DNA of 64,000 nt from Eledone cirrhosa (Eukaryota): NCBI GenBank assembly GCA_964016885.1, contig OZ024746.1:29884001-29948000 (forward strand), given 5' to 3'. A program made the position numbers and the translations under genes. Positions 27,739 through 40,407 of the stretch are shown piece by piece. Numbering within the stretch: position 1 is the first letter of the stretch; each line of letters starts with the position of its first letter. The notes beneath the pieces were generated by a model, which worked only from the letters and a program-made list of their open reading frames with translations, did no database searches and was not told where the DNA came from.

Positions 27739-28892
27739 GAGGATGGATAGATAGAGAGCGAGAGAGAGACAGCAAAATAGAGAGAGTGGTGGGGATCATT
27801 CTCTAGATAATACGATTTAGCATGCCACATTAACTATGACGTTTTCAATTCTTTGACAATAGAAACAACTATTGAATCTCGCTGTCGAATCACTCAAATT
27901 CTCACTCTCTATAAACCAATGTTTCTCTCTAATATCTGCTTGTCTATCTTTCTCCTCCCCTCCTCTCTCTCTCACTCTCTTCCCCACATAACTCTCTAAT
28001 TTTCGTCGTCATAAACCGTTTCTCTCTATATAAATATTATGGTGTGTGTGAGTTTGTGAGTGTGTGTTTACTTTCCTCGTCTCTCTTCTGTTTTTTTGGG
28101 GTTTTTTTTTTTAGGTAGTTATAAGAATAGTACTCCCTGTTATTCAATCAATTTATTGTCCACTACTAACACAATTTTCCATATCAAATGTATCCAGCAA
28201 CCAGAAAATACAGGCTTCCTTCTTTCTCCGATCTTATATTTGCTTCTTTGATTGATGGAATGTCCGTTTTGGTCTATTGAAAACCCCAGAAGCTCGGAAA
28301 TTTCAAATTACTTTTCAATCATTCATAAAAAACAGAACGCTATATATATATATATATATATAATATCAATTTCTAGTTTGAGATGTACGTTTTTTTTAAC
28401 CAATATTATTTTGTGGTACCCATTCTATATTATCTACAAATGAAATGTATAATGTGTTCGATCATTTTTGTAAACGGAGGTTAGACTGAAAGTAGAACCT
28501 CTGAGCTCTGAATTCAGTTTCAGATTCAGCTGTTAGATACTGTGAACGAATGTGGCTCGGTGTGTTCCCGTAGGGTCGAGGATACCCTGGCTCAATCATG
28601 TGATTAAAGATGCCATCCCAGCAAAGAATGCGGCTTCGCTTGAAAATAAGAGTTCCTCCTTGCACTCGCGATGCAAGCAAGCACGAAAAGTTACAACCGA
28701 CAGAGAGAGAGAGAGAGAGAGAGAGAGTAAATGTGTAAGTATGTAAATGTGTGTGTTTGGGAGCAGAGTAATAATCAACGTGGTGAGATAGTTCTATAAC
28801 AGTAGAAGAGGTACAAAGCTATCTAATGATATTCTCTGTTAATTAATGCTGTCAACTGGTTTTATACTACATTCATATTATTTGCTTATGGA

Positions 28893-29682
28893 TTGGGGTG
28901 GTGTTTGGCAGTATCGGTAGAGCGCCGGACAACATGCTTTGAAGCATAGAGTTATGGCCCTTTACGTATGGACACACTAAAAGAGGAAGGAAGACCAAGG
29001 TTAACGTATGTTGATGCCCTAAGGACAGACACTGGTCTGTTGGAGACGCAGGACATCGCAGCGATAATGAGGGACAGAGACCGCTGGAGAGAACTCGTCC
29101 ATGGACCTCGGGAATTTTACTCGCCTTACATAGACGTTCTGAGTTCAAATCCCACCGAGGTTAACTTTGCCTTTCATCCTTAAGGGGTCGATGAAATAAA
29201 GCACCAGTAACGTATTGGGGCCGATTTAATCGACTTTCCCCTCCTCCAAAATTACTGGCCTTGTTACTATACTAGAAATCATTATTTTCTTATGGGCGGT
29301 GAATTGGCAGTATCGGTAGAGTGTTAGACGCCATGCTTTCTAGCATAGTTACGTCCCTTTACGGTTTGAGTTCAAATCCCGCCGAGGTTAACTTTGCCTT
29401 TCATCCTTACGGGATCGATAAAATAAAGTACCAGTAATGTACTGGGTATTTGCTGGCCTTGTGCCTAGAGTAGAAACAATTATTTTCTCATGGGCGGAGG
29501 ATTGGCAGTATCGGTAGAGGGTCGGATGCCATGCTTTGCAGTAAAGAGTTACGCCCCTTTATGATCTGAGTTCAAATCCCACCAAGGTTAACTTTGCTTT
29601 TCATCCTTACGGAGTCGATAAAATAAAGTACCAGTAATACACTGGTTAATTTCTGGCCTTGTGCCAAACGTAGAAACAATTA
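28893..29682 (+). mobile_element. Three head-to-tail SINE S1 copies; the first is interrupted by a LINE 3' fragment
   Basis: Copies at ~28893-29283, 29293-29482 and 29492-29682. Confidence 0.9.
28968..29133 (+). mobile_element. RTE-like LINE 3' end nested in a SINE
   Basis: GRPRLTYVDALRTDTG..MRDRDRWRELV is a typical RTE C-terminus. SINE sequence resumes afterwards (ACGT on both sides). Confidence 0.75.
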
Positions 29683-30124
29683 TTTTCTTATGGATTATAT
29701 ATCTCGACATCTGTCGGGCAATCTTCAGATATTAATGTTAACAAATAAAGATTTGCAACCATTTGGGATTAAAAATTGTTGAGCAACTGTAGATGTATTT
29801 TATTTCCTATAACATGATATATATGCGGTATGAAACCCGCCGGTAGCCTTGATTAATGTTGTGCAATATCTTTAAATAACTAGTATGTATCCTGTCCACC
29901 CACACTTTTCTATTCTTGAGCTGTCTCATTCATTCTTTTCGTTCTTATAGCAGTAATTCATTATTTCCAGTCTCATTTGCTGTTTCACTAATGCCTTCGT
30001 CAAACTGATTAAAATGAACTAAACGACATCTTCCTTCGTTTTCTCCTCCTTTTAATTCACTTTCTACTCTTCCACCACTCTATCTATCCTTTTTCCATAG
30101 CTATCTATCTGTTTGTCTCTCTGT

Positions 30125-30235
<111 letters not shown>

Positions 30236-30667
30236 CTCTCACCACCTGTCAATTCATACGGATTTCTTCTCAGACTCTGCCTCTGCTTTTCATTTTCTCC
30301 ATTTCTCTCTTTCTTTCTCTACATCTCCCTCTCTCCCTCCAATGCTTTTTACTTAAAGTAAATTTCGTAAAACCTCAAACGACGTGTATGTACGTAGCTA
30401 TGTGTGTTCTTGGACGTGCTACTGAGACATTACGTGTACATGTGTGTGTGTTTCTGATTCTATATATATACTTTTATATGTCTGTGTACGTAGTGTCTGT
30501 GTGTGACGGTAATTGAACCAACTTGATGATAGTTAAATCCAAGACTCACAATTCTCTCTATTATATCAATGTACTGGTTAAGGCTGGAAGGCTTTTTCTT
30601 ATGCAGACTCTTTTCTTTAATCATCCCGTTATACACACACACACACCCACACACACACACACCCACA

Positions 30668-30743
<76 letters not shown>

Positions 30744-30786
30744 AATATATATATTAGTATCTTCTATATTGCGGCTACAACTTCGA

Positions 30787-30964
30787 TGGCAGTATCGGTA
30801 GAGGATTGGACGCCATGCTTTCTAGCATAGTTACGTCCCTTTACGATCTGAGTTCAAATCCCGCTGAGGTTAACTTTACCTTTCATCCTTACGGTGTCGA
30901 TAAAATAAAGTACCAGTAATGTACTGATTAATTGCTAGCCTTGTGCCTAACGTAGAAACAATTA
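30787..30964 (+). mobile_element. SINE S1 copy
   Basis: Same diagnostic motifs. Confidence 0.9.
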
Positions 30965-31519
30965 TTATATATATATATATATATATAATGAGGCTTTAGA
31001 TCAGTATATCAGTATATATATAACCATTGCTTATCACTTTCTTATCTTTCCCTCTATGTTACTCTATTACTCGCATTGATCTTCTCTCTTTCTCTCTCTC
31101 TACCCTTTCACTTTCTCCTCTCGTCTCTCCTCATGTCTATATTTATCTTAATTTCACTCTTTATTCTCCACATCACCTCCTCTCTTTATGTATATCTAAA
31201 TGTGTAGAATTATTTCTTTTGAACTTACCATTGCCTCAAGGTCCATTAGATCCCGGGCTATAATACATGTCTAACTTTCATTGGCACCAAACCCCACCAA
31301 ATGGCAGATAATAACGTTTATTCCTGTAAATCTGCTGTTGTTTCTGATATAAGTAAACAATTACATCAACATTCCTACACTACAATTACTTCAAATAAAC
31401 AGAATTACGTATCATTGCTGCTAAAAGTTTATATAATACAACAAGTAAACCTCAACACTGCCTCCAACCGGAGCTGCTGCTCGGCTTTTTGCTGCTTCGT
31501 ATGCAGCTTTACTACTGGT

Positions 31520-31623
31520 GTTATTGCCGTTGCTGCTGTTGTTGTTGTTGTTGTTGTTGTTGTTGCTGTTGTTGTTAGTATTCACTTTGTTGTTGTTGTT
31601 GCTGTTGTTGTTGTTGTTGTTGC

Positions 31624-31680
<57 letters not shown>

Positions 31681-32620
31681 CGATGTTGTTGTTGCTTTGA
31701 TATTGTTGCTGTTGCTATTGCTGTTATTGTTAATGTTCACTTTGTTGATTTTGATGCTGTTGTTGCTGTTGTTGTTATGGCTGATGTTTGTTTTCGTTGT
31801 TCTTGCTGTTGTTGCTGTTGTTGTTGTTGTTGTCGTTGTCGTTGTTGTTGTTGCTGTTGTTGTTGTTGCTGCTGCTGTTGTTGCTATTGTTGTTGTTGCT
31901 GTTGTTTTTGTTGTTGTTGTTGCTGTTGTTGTTGTTGTTGTTGCTATTGTTGTTGTTGCTGTTGTTGTCGATGTTGTTGTTGCTTTTGTTGTTGCTGTTG
32001 TTGTTGTTGTTGTTGTTGCTGTTGTTGCTGTTGTTGTCGATGTTGTTGTTGTTGTTGTTGCTGTTGCTGTTGTTGTCGATGTTGTTGTTGTTGTTGCTGT
32101 TGTTGCTGTTGTTGTTGTTGTTGCTGTTGTTGTCGATGTTGTTGTTGTTGTTGTTGCTGTTGTTGCTGTTGTTGCTGTTGTTGTTGTTGCTGTTGTTGTC
32201 GATGTTGTTGTTGCTTTTGTTGTTGCTGTTGTTGTTGTTGTTGTTGCTGTTGTTGTTGTTGCTGCTGTTGCTGTTGTTGCTGTTGTTGTCGATGTTGTTG
32301 TTGTTGTTGTTGCTGTTGTTGCTGCTGTTGTTGTTGCTGTTGTTGTCGATGTTGTTGCTGTTGTTGTTGCTGTTGTTGCTGTTGTTGCTGTTGTTGTTGT
32401 TGCTGTTGTTGTCGATGCTGTTGTTGTTACTGCTGTTGTTGCTGTTGTTGTTGCTTTTGTTGTTGCTGTTGTTGTTGTTGTTGCTGTTGTTGCTGTTGCT
32501 GTTGTTGCTGTTGTTGTTGTTGTTGCTGTTGTTGCTATTGTTGTTGTTGTTGTCGATGTTGTTGTTGTTGTTGTTGTTGCTGTTGTTGTTTCTGTTGTTG
32601 CTGTTGTTGTCGATGTTCTT

Positions 32621-32700
<80 letters not shown>
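31520..32700. repeat. Imperfect (GTT/GCT)n trinucleotide tract
   Basis: Direct inspection. Confidence 0.97.
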
Positions 32701-32834
32701 AGAGGTTATTGTTAATGTTGACTTTGTTTATTTTGTTGCTGTTGCGGTTCAAGTACTTCTTGATGTTGTTTATGTCGATGATGATAGTGCCGCTGTTATT
32801 TCTCTAGTTGCTGATTATCTTGTTCTTGTTGTTG

Positions 32835-34460
32835 CTACTATTGTTGTGTTTGCTACTGCTTATTGTGATGTTACTATTGCTCCTATTGTTGTGTTTGCTA
32901 CCGCTTATTGTGATGTTACTATTGCTACTATTGTTGTGTTTGCTACTGCTTATGATGATGTTACTATTGCTACTATTGTTGTGTTTGCTACTGCTTATTG
33001 TGATGTTACTATTGCTCCTATTGTTGTGTTTGCTACCGCTTATTGTGATGTTACTATTGCTACTATTGTTGTGTTTGCTACTGCTTATTGTGATGTTACT
33101 ATTGCTCCTATTGTTGTCTTTGCTACTGCTTATTGTGATGTTACTATTGCTACTATTGTTGTGTTTGCTACTGCTTATGATGATGTTACTATTGCTACTA
33201 TTGTTGTCTTTGCTACTGCTTATTGTGATGTTACTATTGCTACTATTGTTGTCTTTGCTACTGCTTATTGTGATGTTACTATTGCTCCTATTGTTGTGTT
33301 TGCTACCGCTTATTGTGATGTTACTATTGCTACTATTGTTGTGTTTGCTACTGCTTATTGTGATGTTACTATTGCTCCTATTGTTTCTTTGCTACTGCTC
33401 ATTGTGATGTTTCTATTGCTACTATTGTTGTCTTTGCTACTGCTTATTGTGATGTTACTATTGCTACTATTGTTATCTTTGCTACTGCTTATTGTGATGT
33501 TACTATTGCTACTATTGTTGTCTTTGCTACTGCTTATTGTGATGTTACTATTGCTCCTATTGTTGTGTTTGCTACTGCTTATTGTGATGTTACTATTGCT
33601 ACTATTGTTGTGTTTGCTACTGCTTATTGTGATGTTACTATTGCTCCTATTGTTGTGTTTGCTACTGCTTATTGTGATGCTACTATTGCTACTATTGTTG
33701 TCTTTGCTACTGCTTATTGTGATGTTACTATTGCTACTATTGTTGTGTTTGCTACTGCTTATTGTGATGTTACTATTGCTACTATTGTTGTCTTTGCTAC
33801 TGCTTATTGTGATGTTACTATTGCTACTATTGTTGTCTTTGCTACTGCTTATTGTGATGTTACTATTGCTACTATTGTTGTGTTTGCTACTGCTTATTGT
33901 GATGCTACTATTGCTACTATTGTTGTCTTTGCTACTCCTTATTGTGATGTTACTATTGCTCCTATTGTTGTGTTTGCTACTGCTTATTGTGATGCTACTA
34001 TTGCTCCTATTGTTGTGTTTGCTACTGCTTATTGTGATGTTACTATTGCTACTATTGTTGTGTTTGCTACTGCTTATTGTGATGTTACTATTGCTCCTAT
34101 TGTTGTGTTTGCTACTGCTTATTGTGATGTTACTATTGCTCCTATTGTTGTGTTTGCTACTGCTTATTGTGATGTTACTATTGCTACTATTGTTGTGTTT
34201 GCTACTGCTTATGATGATGTTACTATTGCTCCTATTGTTGTGTTTGCTACTGCTTATTGTGATGTTACTATTGCTCCTATTGTTGTGTTTGCTACTGCTT
34301 ATTGTGATGCTACTATTGCTCCTATTGTTGTGTTTGCTACTGCTTATGGTAATGTTACTATTGCTACTATTGTTGTGTTTGCTACTGCTTATTGTGATGT
34401 TACTATTGCTCCTATTGTTGTGTTTGCTACTGCTTATGGTAATGTTACTATTGCTACTAT
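32835..34460. repeat. 45-bp minisatellite, ~36 copies
   Basis: Unit ATTGTTGTGTTTGCTACTGCTTATTGTGATGTTACTATTGCTACT (CCT variant); one short deletion near 33385. Confidence 0.97.
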
Positions 34461-35861
34461 TCTTAATAATGCTGTCTTCCAAATAGGTTCATGTTATCCA
34501 GGAAGTTCACTCAGATATTTAATCTTTATAGAAATCACACTTAAATATTAAGGGTTCAAAACCATTTATAAAAAATTAAAAAGAAATATATACACGTGGT
34601 TGACCAACGTGTGGACAGAAGCAAGATTTATGTCGAATAAGAAAGATTTTAAAATGTTATCAAGGTGGAGTAAGAATAGAAAAGAATAAGTAATATGAAA
34701 GGTGTTGGAATGATATCTAGCAGGAGAGTATGTGTGGTTTGAAGACATTGACATTAACAGTTGAGTGTGGCAGGAGAATAGAACATTTGTGGTGTGTCTT
34801 CTTTTAAATGAGAAATTCTTGCTTAATTATAGCAATTTCAGCTTCTTCTTACGATATTAACGACCTTGGAAGAACCATTCACCTTCCAAGTCCAAGTTCC
34901 AAGTCTTAATACATCATATATATATATATATAGAGAGAGATATATATATATATAATTATCTATCATTATATAATTATCTATCAATATATATATGTGCTTG
35001 TATGTGTGTATATGTGTAAGTGTGTACACATATATATGTGTGTGTGTGTTTGTGTGTGAATGAGTTGATGCTCTAGTCAAGCTGAATATAAAGCAATGTA
35101 TAACTTAATTCCCACGTAGTTTATTGTTTCTTATTTGTAGTTTTCTAGCTATCTCTTGAAATATCTTCCATATATCCCGGCTATAAAGAAGAAATTGTGT
35201 TTCTAACCGTAAAAGTTATTTGCAGTTAAAGAAAGGTCTGGCTGTGTTTTAAACATAATTGCCATGAATGTGATACAACCTCATACCGAGACGATTTATT
35301 TCGTTGTTGGGATGATGCTGACAGAAATATAAAAAGAAATTCATGAATCATATATTAAATATTTATTCAGATATGTGGGCATTAGAACCTTTAATTATTT
35401 TGCGTAAATACAGATATACATAATATAAACATTCATACATAAAGACATACATACATACATAAAGACGTACGTACATACATACATATTTATGCTAATACAC
35501 ATCTCCCTGTATAAATAGAGCGAAATAGAAGGAGATATCTAAGTCTGTTCCTATAGATTGACCCTATGAGCTGAATTGGCTGCATAGTATCCCTTACGTA
35601 ACCGAGAAAAAAGACCACCCTAGAGTCCAGGACACCAATATTTACTACCATTTTGTATTCTGATTTTCGGCCACGTGTGATCGAAAATCAGCATACAGGT
35701 GTATTAACGAAAAAAAGACCAAACTATTTAACGTAATAACAAATATATTGATGATCCAAAACGGAGAAAGCAGGTTTAGCTAACATAAATTCTTTGTACA
35801 TAATATAAAGATCTGTTTTATATATATACCGTTTTTCAAACACTCTTTTAATAATTTTCCT

Positions 35862-35900
<39 letters not shown>

Positions 35901-35905
35901 GGGGG

Positions 35906-36006
<101 letters not shown>

Positions 36007-36234
36007 GGGAGGGTTCTTCTTGGATGATATATATATATATAAAATTTCTCAACACTGTTGCTTGTAACCTGAGGATTTAAAGCCTACAGGTAATAGAGAC
36101 AATAGATACACTAGTGGTGTTTCTCATTCAGGGAAATCTAGCATATATAGTGTCTCTCTGGCCTGTGTTGAGAAGTGATTTATAACAATATACATTGGGT
36201 CTGTACACACACAATCACACATACAAAACTGTCT

Positions 36235-36276
<42 letters not shown>

Positions 36277-37378
36277 CTCTTTATATATATATATATACAC
36301 ACACAGAGTAAGAGAGAAAGAGAGAGATAGTTTGATATATAGTCAGAGAGGTACATAGATAACAGTCAGACAAACATATAGATAGATAGATAGAGAGATA
36401 GAGAGAGAGGGGGAGAGAGAGAGAGCGTAAGAGAGAGAGCTTGATAGTCAGAGAGGTACAGAGATAGACAGACAGTCAGATAAATAAATACTGGCCATTC
36501 TACAATATAAATGTTTACGTTTCAAATCAAGATTTGTAATAAGCAAATACACAACAATAGTAATATATTATATTACTTAAGAATTAACACTCTTCGATTT
36601 GTTTCTGTAAAACGATATAATTGTGTAAATGTAGGCAACTGAATTTTGTAAATACTCGTATATAATTCTGTAAATATTATACAATTTCCTCGATAGTAAT
36701 GCTAAGGTCCATTGAGAATATATTAATAGGAATGTATGAATTTCGATTATAAATATTATTACTTATTGTAATATATATGACATTATAAACGGAACATATA
36801 ATTTATTACACAAGTATGAATATACTAATATTGTAATATCTAGTGAAGCCCTCGCCAGGGACCAACTATTAATGAATATGGTTATATTCTGGTGTTATAT
36901 TTCATATAATTGTCTCTAATAGCAATAGAATTATATTAAAATAGACAACAGAAAATTCATTGTGTTAATAGGATACAGCAAAACAAGATAGTGAAAATAT
37001 TTGATTTAATTGAGATACAGAATGTGATAAGTGATACGAAATATTCATTTAACTTGAAGTTACTACATTAATCGTGTTCAACTAACGTGACAGATATGTA
37101 GACCAAATCGGTAGCGGGGAATGAAAAGTACATAAATAATGTTGCATTGATGTGATGTAATCGTTTTCAGTTATATCAGTGGCAACGCCGTGTGTCCCTG
37201 CGACTTGTTCTTTTATCTTCAAGAATCTATATTACGTCTTCAACGTCGTCAGAATGCCTACATAATCGCAATTACGTTAACAACGAAGCATTACGTACCT
37301 CATATTACCTTCACAATTACTGGAGTCGCAATAAGCGACCTGAACCGATGTCATTTTACGCCCAGTAGCGTTACTACT

Positions 37379-37537
37379 GGTTACGTTCGTAGCGTAATAG
37401 CGACGCTAGAAGCGTAATTTGACACCCTTCAGCGTCACCAATATCATCACCACACGTCCTGTTGATTCATTAAGCAAACATACACCCACTGTGTCAAATT
37501 AGGTTTCTAGCGTAGCTGTGACGCCAAGAACGTAACC
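37379..37537. mobile_element. Old MITE-like inverted repeat
   Basis: 47-bp arms at 37379-37425 and 37491-37537 with ~7 mismatches; TA dinucleotides just outside. Confidence 0.55.
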
Positions 37538-37639
37538 AATACGCCTCAACTATCACTATTAAATTCTTATGAAAGATTAGTATCCGAAATGTAATCGCCC
37601 TCTTTCAAGCGTTAAACTAAAATATTTCTTCATTGTACT

Positions 37640-37830
37640 GTGTAGGACAGAACAAAGGAGAGACACAAATCACTCACTGAGGAGGTTACAGAATGAGTGA
37701 CGAAAGAGCTTTGACAATAAATAAAGAAGCATCTGGTTATTGAACCAACGACCCAGAAATTTACAATAGATTGAAGAGAAACGGAGCAGGTGCGTGTGTT
37801 TCTATTGCCAGCATGACCCTCCCAAAGTAT

Positions 37831-37836
<6 letters not shown>
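37640..37836 (+). mobile_element. Family B element with hammerhead (37674-37715)
   Basis: TCA-CTGAGGA-G-GTTAC..GTGAC-GAAA-GAGC-TT-TGA. Same start (GTGTAGGACAG) and end as the 13566 copy. Confidence 0.8.
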
Positions 37837-37875
<39 letters not shown>

Positions 37876-37986
37876 GTCTACTGTATAACCTATAAATATA
37901 TAAATATAAATGCGACACTGTAGTCACACAATGATATATAATCTAATATACATATATATATATATATATATACACAGACACACGAC

Positions 37987-38408
<422 letters not shown>

Positions 38409-38685
38409 AGTGTTTGTGTGCGAGTGTGTATATTGTTTCATGTTTAACCTGTCTTGTTAATTTTCACTAGGTTTTTTTTTCCAGCGAAACTAATTTGCGG
38501 CTGTAAATTCACTAGACTATGATGGCGTTAGACTGGTTGACTCCATAACACTAGAAAAGAAAAATCTCTGAAGAAAATGTAGAATATCTTATTACTTTTA
38601 TTATACGGTCATTGTTGGCACATATTCATATTCTCCTTGGGATATAGTCATGCTAAACTAAAGAAAATATATATATATATACATA

Positions 38686-38716
<31 letters not shown>

Positions 38717-38780
38717 GTTTATTTTTATCTAAAGACATTTTTTACGCCTGTCCCTTCAATCTATATTATTTCTGATTCTT

Positions 38781-38816
38781 TCTTCTGATGAAGGACTAGC
38801 GTCCGAAACGTTAAGA
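38781..38816 (+). ncRNA. Intact minimal type I hammerhead ribozyme motif
   Basis: TCTT-CTGATGA-A-GGAC-TAGC-GTCC-GAAA-CG-TT-AAGA. Stem I TCTT/AAGA, stem II GGAC/GTCC, palindromic ACGT stem III. Lies in a ~185-bp unit between microsatellites. Confidence 0.8.
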
Positions 38817-38900
38817 CCCTCTTCCTGTCATTTCAAGCGTTAACCTAATATATTCCTTCCATATGCTGCACCGATTGCGCCGTTATTCCTGTTTACCTTT

Positions 38901-38957
<57 letters not shown>

Positions 38958-39640
38958 CAAAAAAAAAAGCCAAGGAAGGAAAGAGTGGGGCGATTAAATG
39001 GGTGGGTATGAATTTAAAGTGGGAGAAGTATAGCGGCAAACTGAAAACCTTTGATTGGGTACAGCACCTTCGCTGCTGCGGCCCGCGTTAAACAATATAT
39101 CGAAAGTGACGCTCGCTCCCTATTCAGCCTGTCCACCTTCACGGAGTTCCTTTCACCTGAGATGTTCTCTAGTCCCGATTAGGTGAAGGAAAGTAAGAGT
39201 CATTGGACAAAGGACGCCGGACGTCACGACGGCAACATACACCAAAAGAAAACAGTTCTTCAATATTGATGTAGGGAGCTTCTTTGAATATTTCTTGTCT
39301 TACTACATTAAGATGTTAACTTTTTTTCTTACTTCCAGAAATTTCAGTTAGGGACTAGATGTGAGTGGAACTCTCTTGTATAAATAGGATTTACTAGTAC
39401 TGTACACGATGGAGAATTTACATAAAGTATTCTATATTTATATCCTTCCCTGATCTAGATATTTGTAGGTATTTTTTCCTTGAGATTTTCAGTATATTGT
39501 TGAAAAATAACCTTCTATTTGATATTGACTACTCCTTAGTAAACAAAATAAGAATTTTATATATATATATATAGAAATATATATATATATATATATATAT
39601 GATATTAAATAAATGGAAACTATATTTATAAAACCATATT

Positions 39641-39706
39641 TATTTCATTATATATATTTCAGGGATATCATATTAACAATATGTTATGCCTTCTTCAGAC
39701 AAAATA
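39641..39706 (-). ncRNA. Type I hammerhead motif (left arm, minus strand)
   Basis: Reverse complement of 39997-40062. Confidence 0.7.
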
Positions 39707-39996
39707 CAATATAAACAGTCTTATAAATAAATAGATACGACATACCTTTCAATCGACTTGCATTTGGGAAGTTGATTTGGCAGTAAAAATATTGTGGACA
39801 GTTGTAAAAAGAAAGAGAGAAAGAAAGAAAGAAAAACGAAGAAAAAGAAGAAATGCATGTGACTAAATAGAGAGATATAGAAAGATAGATAAAGAGAACA
39901 ACTGTCCACAATATTTTTACTGCCAAATCAACTTCCCAAATGCAAGTCGATTGAAAGGTATGTCGTATCTATTTATTTATAAGACTGTTTATATTG

Positions 39997-40062
39997 TATT
40001 TTGTCTGAAGAAGGCATAACATATTGTTAATATGATATCCCTGAAATATATATAATGAAATA
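39997..40062 (+). ncRNA. Type I hammerhead motif (right arm)
   Basis: TATTTTGT-CTGAAGA-AGGCATAACATATT-GTT-AATATGATATCCCT-GAAA-TATATA-TA-ATGAAATA. 8-bp stem I with two G:U pairs, long stem II. Confidence 0.7.
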
Positions 40063-40192
40063 AATATGGTTTTATAAATATAGTTTCCATTTATTTAATA
40101 TCATAAATATACTCCAAATACTTGTTGAGTGCTTTTATATCAGTTATAAATATTTACTCGTTGTTAACCCAACAATTTAAATATAACTTTCC

Positions 40193-40252
<60 letters not shown>

Positions 40253-40254
<2 letters not shown>

Positions 40255-40368
40255 CGAAGGAAATGTGGTAGGAACCAGGTGGACCATAACGCACCAAACT
40301 ACTCAATACTTAGGGTAGTAGAGTGGGTAATAGGAACGAGTAGGACCCCGACGGCTAATTCTGGACTA
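40253..40368. mobile_element. Family C fragment
   Basis: Matches 55569-55706 with an internal deletion. Confidence 0.8.
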
Positions 40369-40369
40369 A

Positions 40370-40405
<36 letters not shown>

Positions 40406-40407
<2 letters not shown>

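Larger units (their letters stand above)
39599..40196. mobile_element. Family D fold-back element with apparently perfect ~207-bp arms
   Basis: 39599-39805 vs 39898-40104; GA-rich spacer; ~90-bp tail; (TA)n flanks. Confidence 0.92.

Noticed and set aside
31301-34486. 1061-aa Val/Leu-rich ORF and overlapping poly-C/L/N ORFs
   Set aside because: Stop-free by-product of (GTT)n and the 45-bp repeat. A frame-shifting deletion near 33385 is tolerated, and several frames are open.
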